A stretch of 64,000 bases of DNA. Source: Neoechinorhynchus agilis (lineage: Eukaryota; Animalia; Acanthocephala). Shown in pieces: positions 12,674-28,009 of this stretch (the stretch's first letter is position 1; every line of letters begins with the position of its first letter). The translations under genes and the position numbers were made by a program. The notes under the pieces were generated by a model. It did not search any database, was not told the origin of the DNA, and saw nothing but the letters and a program-made list of their open reading frames with translations. The stretch is taken from positions 6,240,784-6,304,783 of the forward strand of contig CM121341.1 in assembly GCA_051530055.1 (NCBI GenBank), given 5' to 3'.

Positions 12674-13511
12674 TCGATTTAATTTTCGTTGTTTACTTCG
12701 GTTGGAAGCTCAGATGATTGCCTCAAACCCGTATGCCACAATTCCTCTGAAATTTCGTTTTTTTTCGAGGAGGAATACTTTGCTAATAAATTGTACACCA
12801 AATCTCTTCCACGAAATCGCGATGGGAGATAGTGGCCCCAGATAAGGACATTCCTACCTGATTTCACCATTTTGCTCAATATCAGAATGGACAATCGCGC
12901 AATTGGAAAGTATAAGCTCTTCATCCGGGCACTTTTGAATGCACAATTTTAGATAAACATCAGACATCTAGAACATAAAGCAGTCAGTGGCATTCGCTTT
13001 TATTAGTAACAAGTAAAAAAATCGATTTTTGCAATCCGCGTACACTTTCGCATGATTTCATTTGCTTTGCCGAGAAGCTTCGCACAAAATGCGTAAGACG
13101 CACAAAGTTTGAGAACGAAGAAGATGACGACGGAATTGAGCAGTGACGAACAAAAAGAGTCCCTGGATTGTTGACTGCAATTGAAGCGGTTGAAACAACT
13201 GTTCATTTAGGACCGATATTTCGTAATTTTTCCTTAAGGGTCCTCAAAACACACGCAATCTACAAAGGTTAGAATCCCAAAGTCCACTCAAAAAAAAAAG
13301 AAACATGCGAAAAACTTAAAGATAATATCTTATTTGAGAGAGATGCACTTTTTTCGACACCATCTATGGTTCAATTATTCCTTGACGGCCGTAGTGACCG
13401 GTTGTTCTGAGATTGGTCGATCGATTGAGGGTTTAAGTAAGCAACTGACAATGCACGTAAAGTCGTCGAGAAATTCGAAATGGAGATTTCGGGTTTTTAG
13501 AGAGAAAAAAA

Positions 13512-14430
13512 CTAATGGAAAATCAGAAAAAAAGATGCGACTTTGCCAGCTCCTGACATAGGCGGATAAATGTTATCGAGTACTTGGCATCCGTCCTTGG
13601 AGATTTTTCGAACGAAGAAGCATCGATTATTGATTAGGAATCGTGTACATATTTCGCCGATGAGGTTATTAACGAAGGAGAGAGCTTGCTCAAGATTCAT
13701 TTTGGGTCTCCAAAACCGATCCGCAAGAGCAAGACCAAAGTATTGGCAGAAGCCTTGATAGGTGAAAGGTGCTTCGTGCATTGATCCGAGTTCGTCGATA
13801 GCGAATAATTTTGATCTGTATAACAAAAGTAGAGTTTTCAATAACATGATTGAATCGAACCTTTTTTCAATAGTGTCATATCCACCAATGAGCGAATAGA
13901 CGATTGAATGTGACCGAGACCGGAGAGTAGTGTACATCTCACGTCGGGCGAAGCTTGCGATGGCTTTTGGGGAAAGCTCCTTCGAAAACAAAAGGAGAAA
14001 ATGTTCTTTAATCTTAAATGATTTTTATGGCGAGGAAATTATGAAGTAAATTATTGGCTCAAAAAAATTACAGAGGTTCAATCTAAAGGTTTTTCGCGAA
14101 AAAAACCATTAAGCTTCATTGCTTCTTTTTTCCGAAATATCGAACCTAATAAAATACTTCAAACTTTCTCAGCCACAAAAAAAGGCATGAACCATTCAAT
14201 CTTACATGTTGATTGATGACCTTGTAGAGGGCAACATTGCGAGCGATGTATTCACTGAACCTAGCAACGTCGCCGTCTTCACCCGATGTGATCATTGCAA
14301 CTCGTCCGTCGTTGAGTTCGTAGAGTTTGTCAATATTCGACTGGACAACTATAACTCCGTGAGCTATGAGACCTGTGTCGTTTACAAGAAGGGTGAAACC
14401 ATCTCCAACAACGCCAATCAGAGATTCCAT
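13512..14430 (-). CDS. PSMB2: 20S proteasome subunit beta type-2 (beta4), multi-exon
   Basis: MESLIGVVG..., GEDGDVARFSEYIARNVALYK, ELSPKAIASFARR, LIGGYD and F...LADRFW...ICTRFLINN align with PSMB2. Confidence 0.92.
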
Positions 14431-14589
14431 CTAAATGTAGAAATGTAACGCCGTCCGATTAATAACCAGATCATAGAGCGTCTTTTAAAAATACAAATGA
14501 CGATCAATACCAAATCCGCAAAACCTCATTGACCAAAAGCCCCGACACAACCCAAAACTGACAAAAACGATTCTATTGCTCGAAGAAAC

Positions 14590-15485
14590 TTTCGTTTAGG
14601 ATTCTTCCGCGTATTTCTTAAAAAATTTTTAAATTTTTAATAATCACGAGATTGGCGAATCTTTTTTACCGAAACAAAAAGCAATTTATTCCGAATTTGT
14701 TTAGTTGAACGCTCGCAGATGCAAAACTCGGACTCGTGTAGGATTCTTCCGTGTATTTCTTAAATTTTTTTTAAATTTTTTTTATGATCAGAAGATTTCC
14801 GAATCCTTTTTTTACCGAAACAAAAAGCAATTTATTCCGAATTTGTTTAGTTCATCACTCGCAAATGCAAAACTCGGACTCGTGTTGGATTCTTCCATGT
14901 ATTTCTTAAATTTAACTTTTTTAATAATCACGAGATTTGCGAAACTTTTTTACCCAAACAAAAACCAATTATTCCGAATTTGTTTAGTTGAAGGCTCGAA
15001 GATGCAAAACTTCCACTCGTGCAGGATTCTTCCGTGTATTTCTTAAATTTTTTTGAATTTTTTTATGATCACAAGATTTCCGAATCCCCTTTTTACCGAA
15101 ACAAAAAGCAATTTATTCCGAATTTGTTTAGTTCATCGCTCGCAAATGCAAAACTCGGACTCGTGTAGGATTCTTCCGTGTATTTCTTAAATTTTATTTA
15201 AATTTTTTGATCACAAGATTTGCGAATCCCCTTTTTACCGAAACAAAAAGCAATTTATTCCGAATTTGTTTAGTTGAACGCTCGCAGATGCAAAACTCGG
15301 ATTGGATCAGGATTCTTCCGTGTATTTCTTAAATTCAATTTAATTTTTTTAATGATCACACGGTTCGCAAAACGCCTATTTTCCTGAAACAAAAACGATT
15401 TATTCTGAATTTTTTAGTTGAACGCTCGCAGTTCAAAAGTGCAGGCTCGTGCAGGATTCTTCCGTGCATTTCTTAAATTTTATTT
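14590..15485. repeat. Tandem satellite, unit about 143 bp, about 6.5 copies
   Basis: Anchor GGATTCTTCC at about 14599, 14741, 14887, 15024, 15168, 15310 and 15454. Lies between the divergent PSMB2 and VPS13 starts. Confidence 0.92.
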
Positions 15486-15603
15486 TCAAATTGCAACCGT
15501 TCAAAGAAAGCTCAATCTTTTAGAATCGTTCGGATTTTTTTTGTATGAGTGGTTGAAGTATTTCAATAACTTTGAACTATTTTTCTCGTTATTTTTAGAC
15601 ATT

Positions 15604-18600
15604 ATGTTTGAAAATTTAATAGTTTTTATTCTTGAAAAATATCTCGGTGACTACGTTGAGAACTTGGACACAAAAAATCTCCGAGTGGCGCTGTGGTCAG
15701 GTTTGTTAGAATTTGTTTCTTTTAATTCCCAGGATTCTGTTAGGAAATGTTGAGCTGGACAATTTAAAGTTCAAGGCAGCGGCATTAGGAGATATTGGCC
15801 TTCCTATTACAGTTCGATCAGGATTTCTAAGTATTTTCGTCTCATAAAAACGTTCATGCACTCTAATGGAACTTTTCAAAGAAAAACTTCGGTTGAGAAT
15901 TCCATGGAAAAATATTTATGGCGACAATGTGAAAGTAGAGGTCGAAGGGTTGTATTTATTGATTGTTCCAAAATCAGGTATGTATTTTACATTGTTTTTT
16001 CTTCGCATTATTTGTTTTTTTTAAAGACGTTGTTTACGACAACAAAAAAGAGGAAGCTGAGAAATATGAGTGTAAAATGCGTAAAGTTAAGCAGATTGAG
16101 ACGATTCGAAAGGAAAGGGAGGCCTTAAGTGAACGGAGTAAAACAGGCGACGCATCATCCGATACTTTTATTGAGCGTCTTCAAATGCAGATAATTCGGA
16201 ATCTCGATCTCAATATATCGGACGTTCATATCCGATTTGAAGACCGGACTTCATCGATCGACACTGGATTCTTCTCATTCGGCATCAATCTTAGTTCGAT
16301 CGTCCTAAAAACTACTAATCAGGTCGAAGAAGCAATCGTGCCTTCGATTTCTGAATTTGTGCTCAAGGTATATGAGATCATCGTGTATTTTCCCTTATAA
16401 TTTATCCTTTTAGGAAGCATCAATGATCGCGCTCAGTGCTTATTGGGATTCCCTTGATCGCTCTGACTTTTTGGATAGCGTACGTTTAATGAAGCGATTC
16501 CGAATTAATTGTTTTAGGAACTTTTAGCATCCTACTGACTGTGAAGAACATGACTATAGTAAGTCTTTTGTTTCCTACTTCTCGTGTTTTTTTGTGAAAT
16601 GCTATGGCGGTGACCGAAAAATTGAAGAAATTTGATTGTCTTCGGCTTTATCAAGGTTGCTTGAAAGCTTGTGCCGAAAACAATCGTCGAATTCAACAAA
16701 AATTCCTTTTTTTTCAATTCAATGTTGAGCGATTTAGAAGCGCACTAGAAAATCTTAATTTAGTCCTTGAACCCATGGATATAAGAGCTACTCTTCGCCT
16801 ACTCATGAAACCACATTTGAGTAATTTCATGGAACCTATGGTAGAAGCTCGCATACATCTCGGTGAATTGACTTTCAATCTCAACAAAAAACAATATTGT
16901 GATTGTTTAAACCTATTGAAGAATTTCGACGTCTTATCTGTTAAATACCGATACCTCAAATACCGACAAGGTTTGCGCGTCTTGTCCACTTTGAATTTCC
17001 GAATTTTTTTTCACCGAAAAGAAGGTAGCGATTGGTCACTTCCAACAGTTAAATGGCGATACGCGTTTGATGCAGTGATTAACGATCAAATCCGACCAAG
17101 ACGCGAATCCTGGAAATGGACGAGTATTAAGGAGCATCGGCAAAATTTGAAGGAGTACCGTCGACTATTTGTGGCATCTTCCGTTCAGAAATCGATGCTT
17201 CCCGACGATTTGAGTCGAATGCGGGCACTGGAAATGAAGTTGGACGTATTTAATCTTACGCTCGTCAGAAGTAGTGCCCATAAAGAGGTTTCGTTGAAAT
17301 TAGAGATGGAGAAACAGAAGGAATCTTGGTCTGGATGGATTCGTAGTTTTTGGGTTTATGATACTAATCAGGATGGTGAAAGTTAGGAATATTTTTTTTA
17401 ATATTGTGTCTTACTGTATACACTTAGAAAACGAAAAGTTCGCCGTGACCTCCGATGACCTCGATAAACTGTACGACGCTATCGGTTACGCTGGATCTGA
17501 TACTACATTTTCAACGTATCCTCCACAATATATTCAATCGAAATTCAAGTTTGAACTAGATTCTTTGAAGTTTGCGATCTGGTGGGTTGATGGAACTAAT
17601 GAAAAAGAACGTTTTGCGTACATGGATTTGTGCCAAACTATTATGAACATCACAAGACGTCCAGCTAGTAGTGCCCTTCGGTATGGAACCTTTTTAGTGG
17701 ATTGTGTTAGACTAATCTCTTCTATAGCTTAGATCTCGGAGTGAAAAAAATTAGTCTTCATGGTCGAAATCGAAGCAGTGGTATCAAACCAGTTTTGATT
17801 TCGTCAAACATAGAAAATATGGACGATAAAATGCTTTTCTCGGGAACATTTGAGATCAATCCGGTTGTTGAAACGAACACAAATGAAAGCACTGTACAGT
17901 CGCCACTGGAATCCACTTCGTATAAAGTGACCGCTCGTTTATCGTCACTTGTATTTACTTATGACTATGTAAGTCACTCTAATTTAATTTTTCGAGTTGT
18001 GCGTTTCTATTGATTTGGAAATATTGGACGGGATTTTAGAGCAATGCCGCTTTCCAGTCTAAATTTCTTCAAACGCATTTTGACGATTCATTGTGACCGT
18101 ATATTTTTTATTCTTTTAGCACTTAGATTTAAAATGACTTATTTTCGATATTTCGTCAATTCCCACATTTTCCCATCGATTGTCGTCATCTGAAATCCAC
18201 AAGATTTTGTGGAAGCCAAAAAAACCCGGAGGAAGAGTATTACCACTTTTTCTCAATTGTAATTTTTAATTCTCATTTTGGCGAATTGTAAAACACTCGA
18301 GTTTTATCGAAATCTTCATTGCGAATTCTCAAGGCCTCCTTCTCAAGCATCATAAAAAATGGATTTATATTGTTAGCCTTGACTCGGGTGATAAAACTCG
18401 AGTGTGTTACTATTCGAAATTGAGAATACACATCCACTCGAATCAACAATTGGATAGAATGTAATTTTTCAGTTGATGTTTTATTTCCGTAGAATGGTTG
18501 AACGGAACAACCGCCAATTTCGCCATTATGAGACGAATTCTTAAATGTGGTTGTATCGTCAAAATCTATATCCGTGTAATAAATTAGATATATTTTAAGC

Positions 18601-21600
18601 TCCTCCCGCACCGGAAAAACGGTACAAAATAAAGTATCTCCCCCCCACGATGATATTAAAAGATTGTTGACTAATTTGATACGTCGATGTGTGCCAATTT
18701 TGTACGATATTTTATCTAAAATTCGTTATAGAACGTTTTTTTCCAACTTACACAAATAATGCTCATTAATGAACGTTTTATAGAGCACAATAAACACCTT
18801 TATCCAATTTTTGCTTGCACCGAAAAGACAATCGGATTCCACAAATATAATTGAAAGTGTCCGTTCGGCCGCATATTCCACCTTACGAAAGGCAAAACAT
18901 CGAACAAGGATTCTCCTCAAACACAATCTAGAAAGTTTGACTCGCATTTATCTCGACATTTACATCTGTTCATCTTGTCTCATTGTGCCAAATAACGGAA
19001 TCTACGATCCAAGTTCATGTTCGACGCTTCGTTTGGATTTCGGGGACTTGACTATTCTTACTAACGACACAAATGCAGAAAACGAATGCCTTCAAACTGA
19101 AAGTCTAAACATGTCCGAACTTTATCGAAGATCTTACTCTTGGTTTGACGTAATACTTCAAAACGTCCAATTGCTTTTTATAGGAAAACAAGAGGTGAAA
19201 TGTGATCGCGACAATAAGGAGCATTATCATCTTATTGAACCCATCACCCTATCGGTTCACCTTGGAAAGTGTCTCTACATAGACGAAGCAAATCTGGCTC
19301 AATTCAAAGTTATCGGAAACATTCCTATTCTACGACTTGTGATTTCAGAATGTCAGCTTCAAAAAGCATGGAATGACTTTAAAGATTTCCCACTTCCAAA
19401 CATCGAAGAACCGACGGAAATAGCTGACGAGGACAATTCCGCTGAGGAATCGATGATGCGTGATATTGAAGAAATACCAATAATAAATGCAGATGACGCG
19501 CAAAATGATCAAACTCGGATTGTCTATCTTCTCTTTGATTTTTTAATTGATCGATTAGAAGTTCTTATTCGAAAACGATCCTTGGAAACAAATGTGGCTT
19601 TTCTTGAACTCTTTTTCCAGAATCTCAGTGCCTACGTTGAAATCCAGTCGTTTCAAAAGGTGGTTAGATTTTCACTTGATGATATGAGCCTCATTCAGAA
19701 ACGACACAACGCCGATCTGATGGTGTTGCTTGTCGATTCAAAGTCATCGTTATCCCATAAACATACGAGCTCAGAACCAGAACGGCTTATTACCACAGAA
19801 ATTGAAATATGCAAACAAAGTTCAAATATTCTAATCCGTATTGCCCAAATTCATCTTAATCTCCAGCAGGAGGCCCTTCGGAGTATTTGGGAGTTCAAAG
19901 CCAGAATTTTTAATAATCTTTCACCCATACAATCATCTGATGATTTTCAAGTGGCACAACCATCGAAACCTCGACGAAAATCTACTCCACTGAAATGGAC
20001 GCTAACTGCTCAATGGCATGAACTGATGGTGAGTTTAAGTAACTCGAGCGGAGTATTTCTTGATATGACCATGAACGGACTTCGCGTTAATGCTACTAAC
20101 ACATTAAACGACTCATTAAACATAATGACCATCAAAATAATTTTGGGAACGTTCAAGTGTATCGATCCGACTGATGGAACTTTGTACAGAAAAATCCTAT
20201 GTCCTCAAGAATCAGCTGATCGTTTGTTTGAAATCGATGCACTTTATAGATATGATAATAATAGCTCAAAAGAAATTGATGACCGTTCAATCTTGCCAGA
20301 TTGCGAGATCAAGGCAAATCTTGTCAAACTCGAATTTTCCCTGGTTTTTCGAGTGATCAGCCAGACTAAATCATTAATTGATGAAATTTTAGGAATCCAA
20401 TCAAGCTTAGATGAATCCTTGAACGCAGCGTATTCGCTCGTAAAACCGATGGGTTTCAAAATAAGCCTGTGTTTGAGCTTATCAGCGCCAATAGTCTTTT
20501 TTCCTGAGACATCACGGAGTACAAATTGCTTTCTGTTTGATTTCGGCGAGATGTTTATTCAAACGTCCTTTAAATTTCTGGTCAATAATGTTGCTATTGA
20601 AGAACACGAGATCAAGATGATGAGATTGAGGGCATCTCGGATAGGACAACATGAGACAGTCGATCTTGATGAGCTTACAATAATGAACTGCGACGAGATG
20701 AAGGTTTATTTGAGAAGGAGGATCTCTGGACTTGATAAAGATGCTCCTCCGATTGCCGTAGAGGTTCAATGTCCAGCAGTAGAAAGCAGTTTGTCTAAAG
20801 GAGATTTTTGCGTTTTCATGCGATCCTTACGACAAAATATAAATGAAGAAGTTAACGCACCTATCATGCCTATTGATACTTTCTCCTCCTTTACTCAAAC
20901 AACTCCAGACACGGAAACAAATACACTCGTTTCCGAAACGTTTGAGTCCTTTTTATTGACATTGCAATTCGACACAATTTGCATGGTTCTATACTCTTCG
21001 GCGACACAGGATTCGTTCACTCGATCAGCCGAATCGCGGCTTTCTGAATTGCGCATTGAACGTGCTCAGCTCGTATACCGATCGATTGCGACCAATTTAC
21101 AGTCAGCTGGATCCAATGTGGAATTCGTCATCGAAAACCTGGTTGGGACCGATCGCCGCCAAAGTGTTCCTAAACGTGGCAAAACCGATAACATGCGAAT
21201 CGATAAGCTAATCAGCAGGATGCCATCCGAGAAACTTTCAATGATCGAAGTTAAGATTGCGTCCAGGCCTAGTATTGATACGGAAACAGTGGTAACGGTC
21301 AGAAATCCATGTATCTGTATGAGTGTGGATTACATATTTACTCTACAGGACTTTTTTATATCCGGAATTCAGGCTTACAATGAAGATTTTCAGCCGACGC
21401 AGCAAGCCACAGGCATTAGAAGGGACACTCACACGATTGGTCTGGTTCGTCAAATTGACGTCTTTTTTCAATCTTGGGAGTAGACCATTTATCGTTGAAA
21501 TACCGAACTTTTAATACGTATTTTTTAGGAATCTCTCCGGAGAATATTTCTTTAATCGTAGCCGTTAAAAGCATTTTCGAGCTCTAAATGTTGATTGGCG

Positions 21601-24600
21601 GCGACTTTCCGTGTGATTGTTTTTGACGAAACAAAATCGGAATATTGACGATTCTATGTGTGAGTGTCCAGTATCAAGAAATCGGAAAGTAGCTTAGTAT
21701 CATATACAAAATCGGCTAGTTCCACGAGTGTAATGAATGTCGATGTCATGATTGAAGACTCGACAATCGTCCTTCTCCCTTGTCTTTATGTCGATAATAC
21801 CGATTGGAGTTCAATAAATTGTCTTACAATAGAATGTTTTATTACGGTTCGTATGAAGCTCGCTAAGGGACAAACATCATTGAATGTTACGATGGGAGAT
21901 TTGACCACATTTTGCGCCAACGTCTGTAAGCTTTTGAAGACTAACAAGGAATGTGATAATCTTGAAAAGTATCAGATTGTCGACAAGACTACCGTCAACC
22001 TAACGGGTCACATGTTGGAAAAAAGTGAAGAAAATGAGGCTCAATTCAAGTTATGTATCGAAATCGGCGAAGTAGTAGTTCATATGGCCATGGTAGCCCT
22101 ACAAACGGTCATATCTGTATTTACTTCCACTGAAACTGAGGCGGAAAAAATTGATTTACGTCGAGATGCATACGATATTCTGAGACCGATTGAGCTTGCA
22201 AAAAATTTCTGGACACCGCATCGAATGGATTGCTCCAGTGATATTAAGAAAATGATTCTTGATGCCGACAATATTTTACCTGGATCACAGGAAGTAATCG
22301 ATTACAAAGCATTAAAGAAAAAACACGGCCATCAGGTGATTAATGTGACGATCGGTGGATTGTTCTTTAGAATTGAAACTGAAGTGGCTGATAATTTGCG
22401 CGTTCCGGTGGTTGCCGTGGAATTCCGTGGAGTATTTGTAAATGCCGAGAACTGGTCTTCTTGTCTAAAAGTGGGATGTTATATTCAAATGGAGCTGGCC
22501 GCATTCAGCGACAAAACCGGGGGTTGGGAATCGGTGATTGAACGTACTTCGGACGAGAATCGGCCATCACGAACTCAGGCGATGCTCGTTCCGTGGTGCT
22601 TTAGCGTAAATGTCAATTGGCCTGCTATTCGAGATACTGAAAAATTTCTCGTTGAGATCGAATCATCCTGTAAACTTCAAATAAGCCTATCAGTACCAAC
22701 TTTACTTTTGTTCCGTCGATTAAGTGACGAGTTCATGAGTGGGCAAATGCCAGAGAATTGGAAGCATGAAGTTGTTAGTACTACAGATTACTCGTGTCTT
22801 TCCATATTTAACAGACTTGGTGAAGACGTTGAGCTCGTCTTGGGGTTTGATTTAAAATCAAAAGAGGGTAATCTGGTTGTATTAAAAGACGGAGAAAGCA
22901 TTCCTCTCTACTCCAATCAATTAGGCCGTCTACAAAACTCACTGATAGCACACTCAAATAATCATGTTCGCCAAGAACTTTCCTTCAACTTGGCAGGACA
23001 GAATTTTGTCATTAACCTTACACGAACCCTTCCGCGACTTTTCGAAAATGATCCAACACTCTCCGTACTGGTGAACACGGAGTGTATAAACGCCAGAAAG
23101 ACAGTTTCGCTTAGCTCGGCTATTAAAGTCCACAATCTGTGCCCGTTTGAAGTGGTTTTTCGTTCAATATCCAATGGTGCCGAAATTCGAATGCTTCTAA
23201 GTGCTCAATGTCAACACCTTTCCGTAGCACAAACGGCTCTCATTAGATCCGATGACTTCGAGATTATTCTAAAAAGTTATCCTCGATATCGATCATCGCG
23301 TCGATTTAATATAAAGCGCACAAAAAAAGCGACAACTTTTGTTTGTAAATGTGAAAAGTTAGAAAAAGTGATGTACGTGAACGTTCTTGTTCAAATGGAT
23401 GCAGTATTTACCGGAAACTCGAGTCGTCGTGATTCTATTCTTCGGACAATTGTAGTACGGCCCTGTGTTCAATTCATCAATCAACTCCCGATTGAGATTA
23501 TAATCAACGATCTCACAATCCAACCTGGGCAGCAATCCTCATTGTTGGACAAGTCATTTGACGATCTAACCAATTTCTCCGAAAGTTCACAAATAACAGT
23601 AAAGTTTATCATGAACGATGTTACATTTGAGAGTGTTATAAACATTACAAACGAACGACACTCAACTGTACGGCATGTCACTTTTGGTTCTGTGGTATGG
23701 TGTTTTGTGGAACTAAAACTGATGATTACGGAACGTTTTTAGAAAATCTTGGCAATATATCAGGAATTTTATCTTGCGAAATCACCACCACTATGTCTAA
23801 AATTGTTCGCACCTTATTGGGTCTGTGACACGACCAAACTTCCACTTCACATAAAGGTATTGTTTAAAAAAAAGAGGCCATATAATCCAAATGCCATCTC
23901 AGCTCTTGGATGATCGTGATCAAATTACACCGATATGCTCACACAATCAAATCCTAATGCTTTGCGATAAGAAAATAAACAAAGGAAAACGAAGAGTACG
24001 TTGCTCTATGATCCACAGAAATTCAATGTCTTATACAAAAAGGCACAATTAGCGATCAATGACCCAAACTGTCAATGGTCCAAGGTATTCTCATTAGACA
24101 CTCTTGGAAGCACCGGTTCTCTTTCCGTCGTGAATCCAACAAACCCACTTAATAGCTATAATGTGAGTATCGCAAATCCTCTTTTGCTGAAAGTTAAATG
24201 CTTGTAGGTCTGTGTAACAATAACGTACAGTTCATGTGGACTTACGAAAATCATTTCCTTGATGCCTTTTCATGCTCTTCTTAACAAAGCAACGGTATGC
24301 TACGATTCTTGATTTTTGAATCTACTTGACGTTAATCCCACTTTTTTCATCTCAGTGTTCAATCGCCCCATTTACCTTCAAACCCGTTCGTCCCATTTGT
24401 GAATAGGTTCCTATCGAAGTATGTGAAGTCACTCTTACCGTCGAAGCCGGACTAGAGAGGACGTCTGAAATCGGTAGATGGATTTTGGTCAAATCGGGTG
24501 ATGTAAGTTAATTTGTATCATCTACGACTTTCTACATCTTACCGAGCAGTGCGTCCCGTTTTGGCCAGCGGATACCCACTCTGGCAACAGTTTAATAATA

Positions 24601-27600
24601 ATTAAACTATTGGGTGGACAGAAAGCTAAAAGCCGAGCGTTTCATTTTAGAAAACCTCATACAACTCTTCTTAAGATTGGACAGGTTTGAACACTTCTAG
24701 CTCCATTTAATCGCCCGTTTGATCTCCATGTAGAGTGAAGCAATATTCGTTGAGTGCAATATAAGAGAGTTTTCATGCCATCTTGTATTTTCCAATAACG
24801 ACAGACCCGGCCAAGCTCCATTGCTCGTAGTCAACTGCTCGTGCGTCCATTCCCTTCAAATCACTCAAGAGGGAGACAGCAAGGGAATCGCAGTTCCGTC
24901 TAACTCAATGCAGTATTTTACATGGACGAAACCGTCAAGTATTGAACGAAGAATTCGTTGGACGTGTGACAAACACTCAGCTACCAATATGAATCTCACA
25001 GTAAGTTAGCAGTGGTGATCAATGTCTGGATGTGTCGTCTTTCAGGAAGCAGCAGGCACGTTCACGGTCGATTCCGACAATAATGATAATGAAATGCAAA
25101 TGTTCTGGAAAGTTTTGGTCATCATGAACCAAAGAGTATTTATCGTCTATGGCAATAACGACATTGTTGCAAGACCGTCTGGTTCCTCCTCGACTTACAA
25201 ACTAAACGATATGAAATCTAAACAATTTACGATTGAGTTAAGTTACGTTGGAATTTCCCTAGTAGACGATCGACAGGAATTGGCATATATAAGCCTGCAG
25301 AGCTCAGAAACACAATGGTATAGAAAGAATGAAAAATTGCGACTGGAGTTAATTAAAGATGATCATTTACCTGACGTAATTGAACGTTCTTATCAAGAGC
25401 ATAAGAGCGCAGTTAGATTGGGAGAAAAAAATGATCGGCACATTTCCATACTTGATCAAAGGAGAGAAGTAGACTTTCGTTTGATGGAGCTTTGTGAGAT
25501 GCCTGACCCTACTGGCACTTTTGTAAAGGACCATAAAGCTACAATATCATTCATAGAAAGGAAAAAATTTAATGCTCTTTCTATCCGGTAGAACAAGAGT
25601 CTTCGTTTTTTAGTCACACCGTAAATAGGTTCCGTCTTTGAATACGACGAAGATTCTTGTAGGATGACATAAAGAACGCCCATGTCGGTCTTTATATGAA
25701 ACTATTTAAGATTCAAATCGACAACCAATTAGACGGATCCGTGTTTCCGGTTGTTCTGCACTCTATTCCCCCTCCTCGAACAATGGCAGAACCTTATGCC
25801 GATCGTGCAATGATCGATTGTTTATTATCGTTCGAGATGCAATCGGGGCAATATTGCTCGACTAACAGTTTTTTCCGAATAACGCAATTCGCATTTTTAA
25901 TGCAGGAATTCGCGATAAAATGTGATCAAGGATTCATAGCTCACTCACTGAGATTTCTTAGCGCTATAGGAAATGTGAGTTCAAAACATTCTCGTGTAAT
26001 TCCAAAATGTACCATTCAGTCGCCTACAACCGACTCGCTTGAATCGAGCATGAAGACTGATTTGGCGTACTGTACGCAAAGTCTCAGTTCGATCGTCGAG
26101 AGTGGAGAAGGATTGGTTGGACGCGAGACAGACAAAAGTCTTTTTTTCAAGGAATGTTGCATTGCTCCCCTAAAGGTGAGCATTTCACTAAACTTTATTC
26201 GCTAGAAACATTTAGATCCACGTAAGCTTTTCGATGCAGTCCGTATCGGACAGTCAGGACCTTTTGTCGAAATATCCAGCAGTCGCCTTCTTTCTTCAAA
26301 CACTGAACATCGCTGAAGTCGATGATGTTATTCTTGAGTGAGTAATTGCGCTTATCGACAAATTTAACAATCTTCTATGAAAAAGGTTAAAATCTTACCA
26401 ACTAACAAACTACTTTGCGACCTTTTCCTTGTTTTTATCTGGAATTATGGAACATTATAAGATGCAGGTGTTTAAAAAAACATTAGTTGTTTCTGAACTC
26501 ATTTCGACTAAAGGCGATCAAGCAATTTTATGTGTTCGTTCTTGGGCTGGACGTACTCGGAAACCCTTATGGGTTAATTCGTGAAGTTACTGAGGGATTC
26601 GAAAGTGTGTTTTATGAACCTTACATGGGAGCGATACTCGGACCAACTGAGTTTTTTGAAGGCCTCGCTATTGGAATCCAAGGATTGTTCAGTGGAATTG
26701 TCGGTGTGTATGAGATTTACAACGCGGGTGTGCCGTTTATATAGAAGACATTTAGGCGGGACATCCGGCGCTATTTCCAAGATAACTGGGTCATTGGGGA
26801 AAGGCTTAGCTCATCTGACGTTCGATGATCAATACAAAAGGGAGAGGTTATTACATCTTCAGCAGAATGATCAAACAGTCCGTCAGTCGATGGTACAAGG
26901 AGGGAAATGGATGTTCTCTGTAAGTCGAAGCTAGTTTTCTTGATCATAATCCTTCCAGAACATTGGATGGGCTTAATTTTTTTAGGGGTTTTAGAGCTAA
27001 GCGTCTCTTTCGATATCCAACAAAAACAAATGTTTTACAATATAGACTGAAACACTTGTGCTTATAATGCGAATCGACAGCCAAGACCAGTTGCAATGAT
27101 CCACAGAATAATTTTTTTTGATGCTGGCTACAACAGATTTATGAAATTCTGATTGCTGCATTGGGCTAAGGGAGAAGAACTAAGCAACATTTTTAGCGTT
27201 GTATGATTTTTGATACGGTCTAATTCTAAGTGGGTTTGCAGGATTTTTACGATGGTGTAACAGGCGTGATAAGGAAGCCAATTGAAGGAGCGTTTGAAGA
27301 CGGTACTCATGGATTTCTTAAAGGTCTCGGTAAAGGAATGATCAGTGCAGTTGCCCGTCCAATGAGTGGTCTTGTGGGTATGGCTCAAACTTCTTTTCGG
27401 GGTGTACGGAGGTGCGTTAAATGTATAAGGTCTCGATAACTTTATCGTTTTAGACTTGCCGATGATAAAGATAAAGTAATCGGTCGTGTCCGTCCTTCCC
27501 GCTTCATCGACTTTGACGGCATAGTACGGCCCTATCGCAAACATGAGGCTGATGGACACAATATACTTAAAGTACGCTTTCGTACAACTGAAACTCTTAA

Positions 27601-28009
27601 TATTTTTATTTGTAAGCGATTGAACGGCGGTTCTTATGGACGAAGTCACAATTACGTTGCTCACTTAATTTGTACGAAGCCATCAGATCGACCTCGGCAG
27701 TATGTCCTAGCGACCAATAAGGGAATTTTGATGATAACCGAACTTACTGTGCTTGCGCAACTTAATGTCGAGTGGTACAAAGATTACGGGGAACTCGTTC
27801 ATTGTCCATTTGTCACGTTAAAAAAGGATAAGACACTCGTGATTTTGATCACCACTCAGGAGAAAAAAGGAAAATTCTTAGGCTCGAAAACGACATATGG
27901 AGTTGAAGTAAACTGTTCCGACTTCAAGGAAGATGCTGAATGGTTATGCGGTCGTATAAGTGATGTCCTCGAAGACGAAGGTTTTCGACTTTTAAAGGAA
28001 TGGGAATAA
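15604..28009 (+). CDS. VPS13: Vacuolar protein sorting 13 (VPS13A/C-like lipid-transfer protein), multi-exon
   Basis: Chorein N-terminus [26 protein letters not shown]; [18 protein letters not shown]; WRYAFDAV; KIQIDNQL; [11 protein letters not shown]; ATG2-C-like [13 protein letters not shown]...GFLKGLGKG; C-terminal PH-like domain. Span 12.4 kb. Confidence 0.95.
18143..18640. repeat. Dispersed repeat family, copy 1 (inside a VPS13 intron)
   Basis: Near-identical blocks shared with 32416-32706. Internal 16-bp inverted repeat at 18293-18308 / 18390-18405. Confidence 0.85.

Noticed and set aside
13081-13268. In-frame TGA (13144) between two open stretches on the plus strand, suggesting selenocysteine or readthrough
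   Set aside because: Neither side resembles a known protein and no SECIS was recognised.
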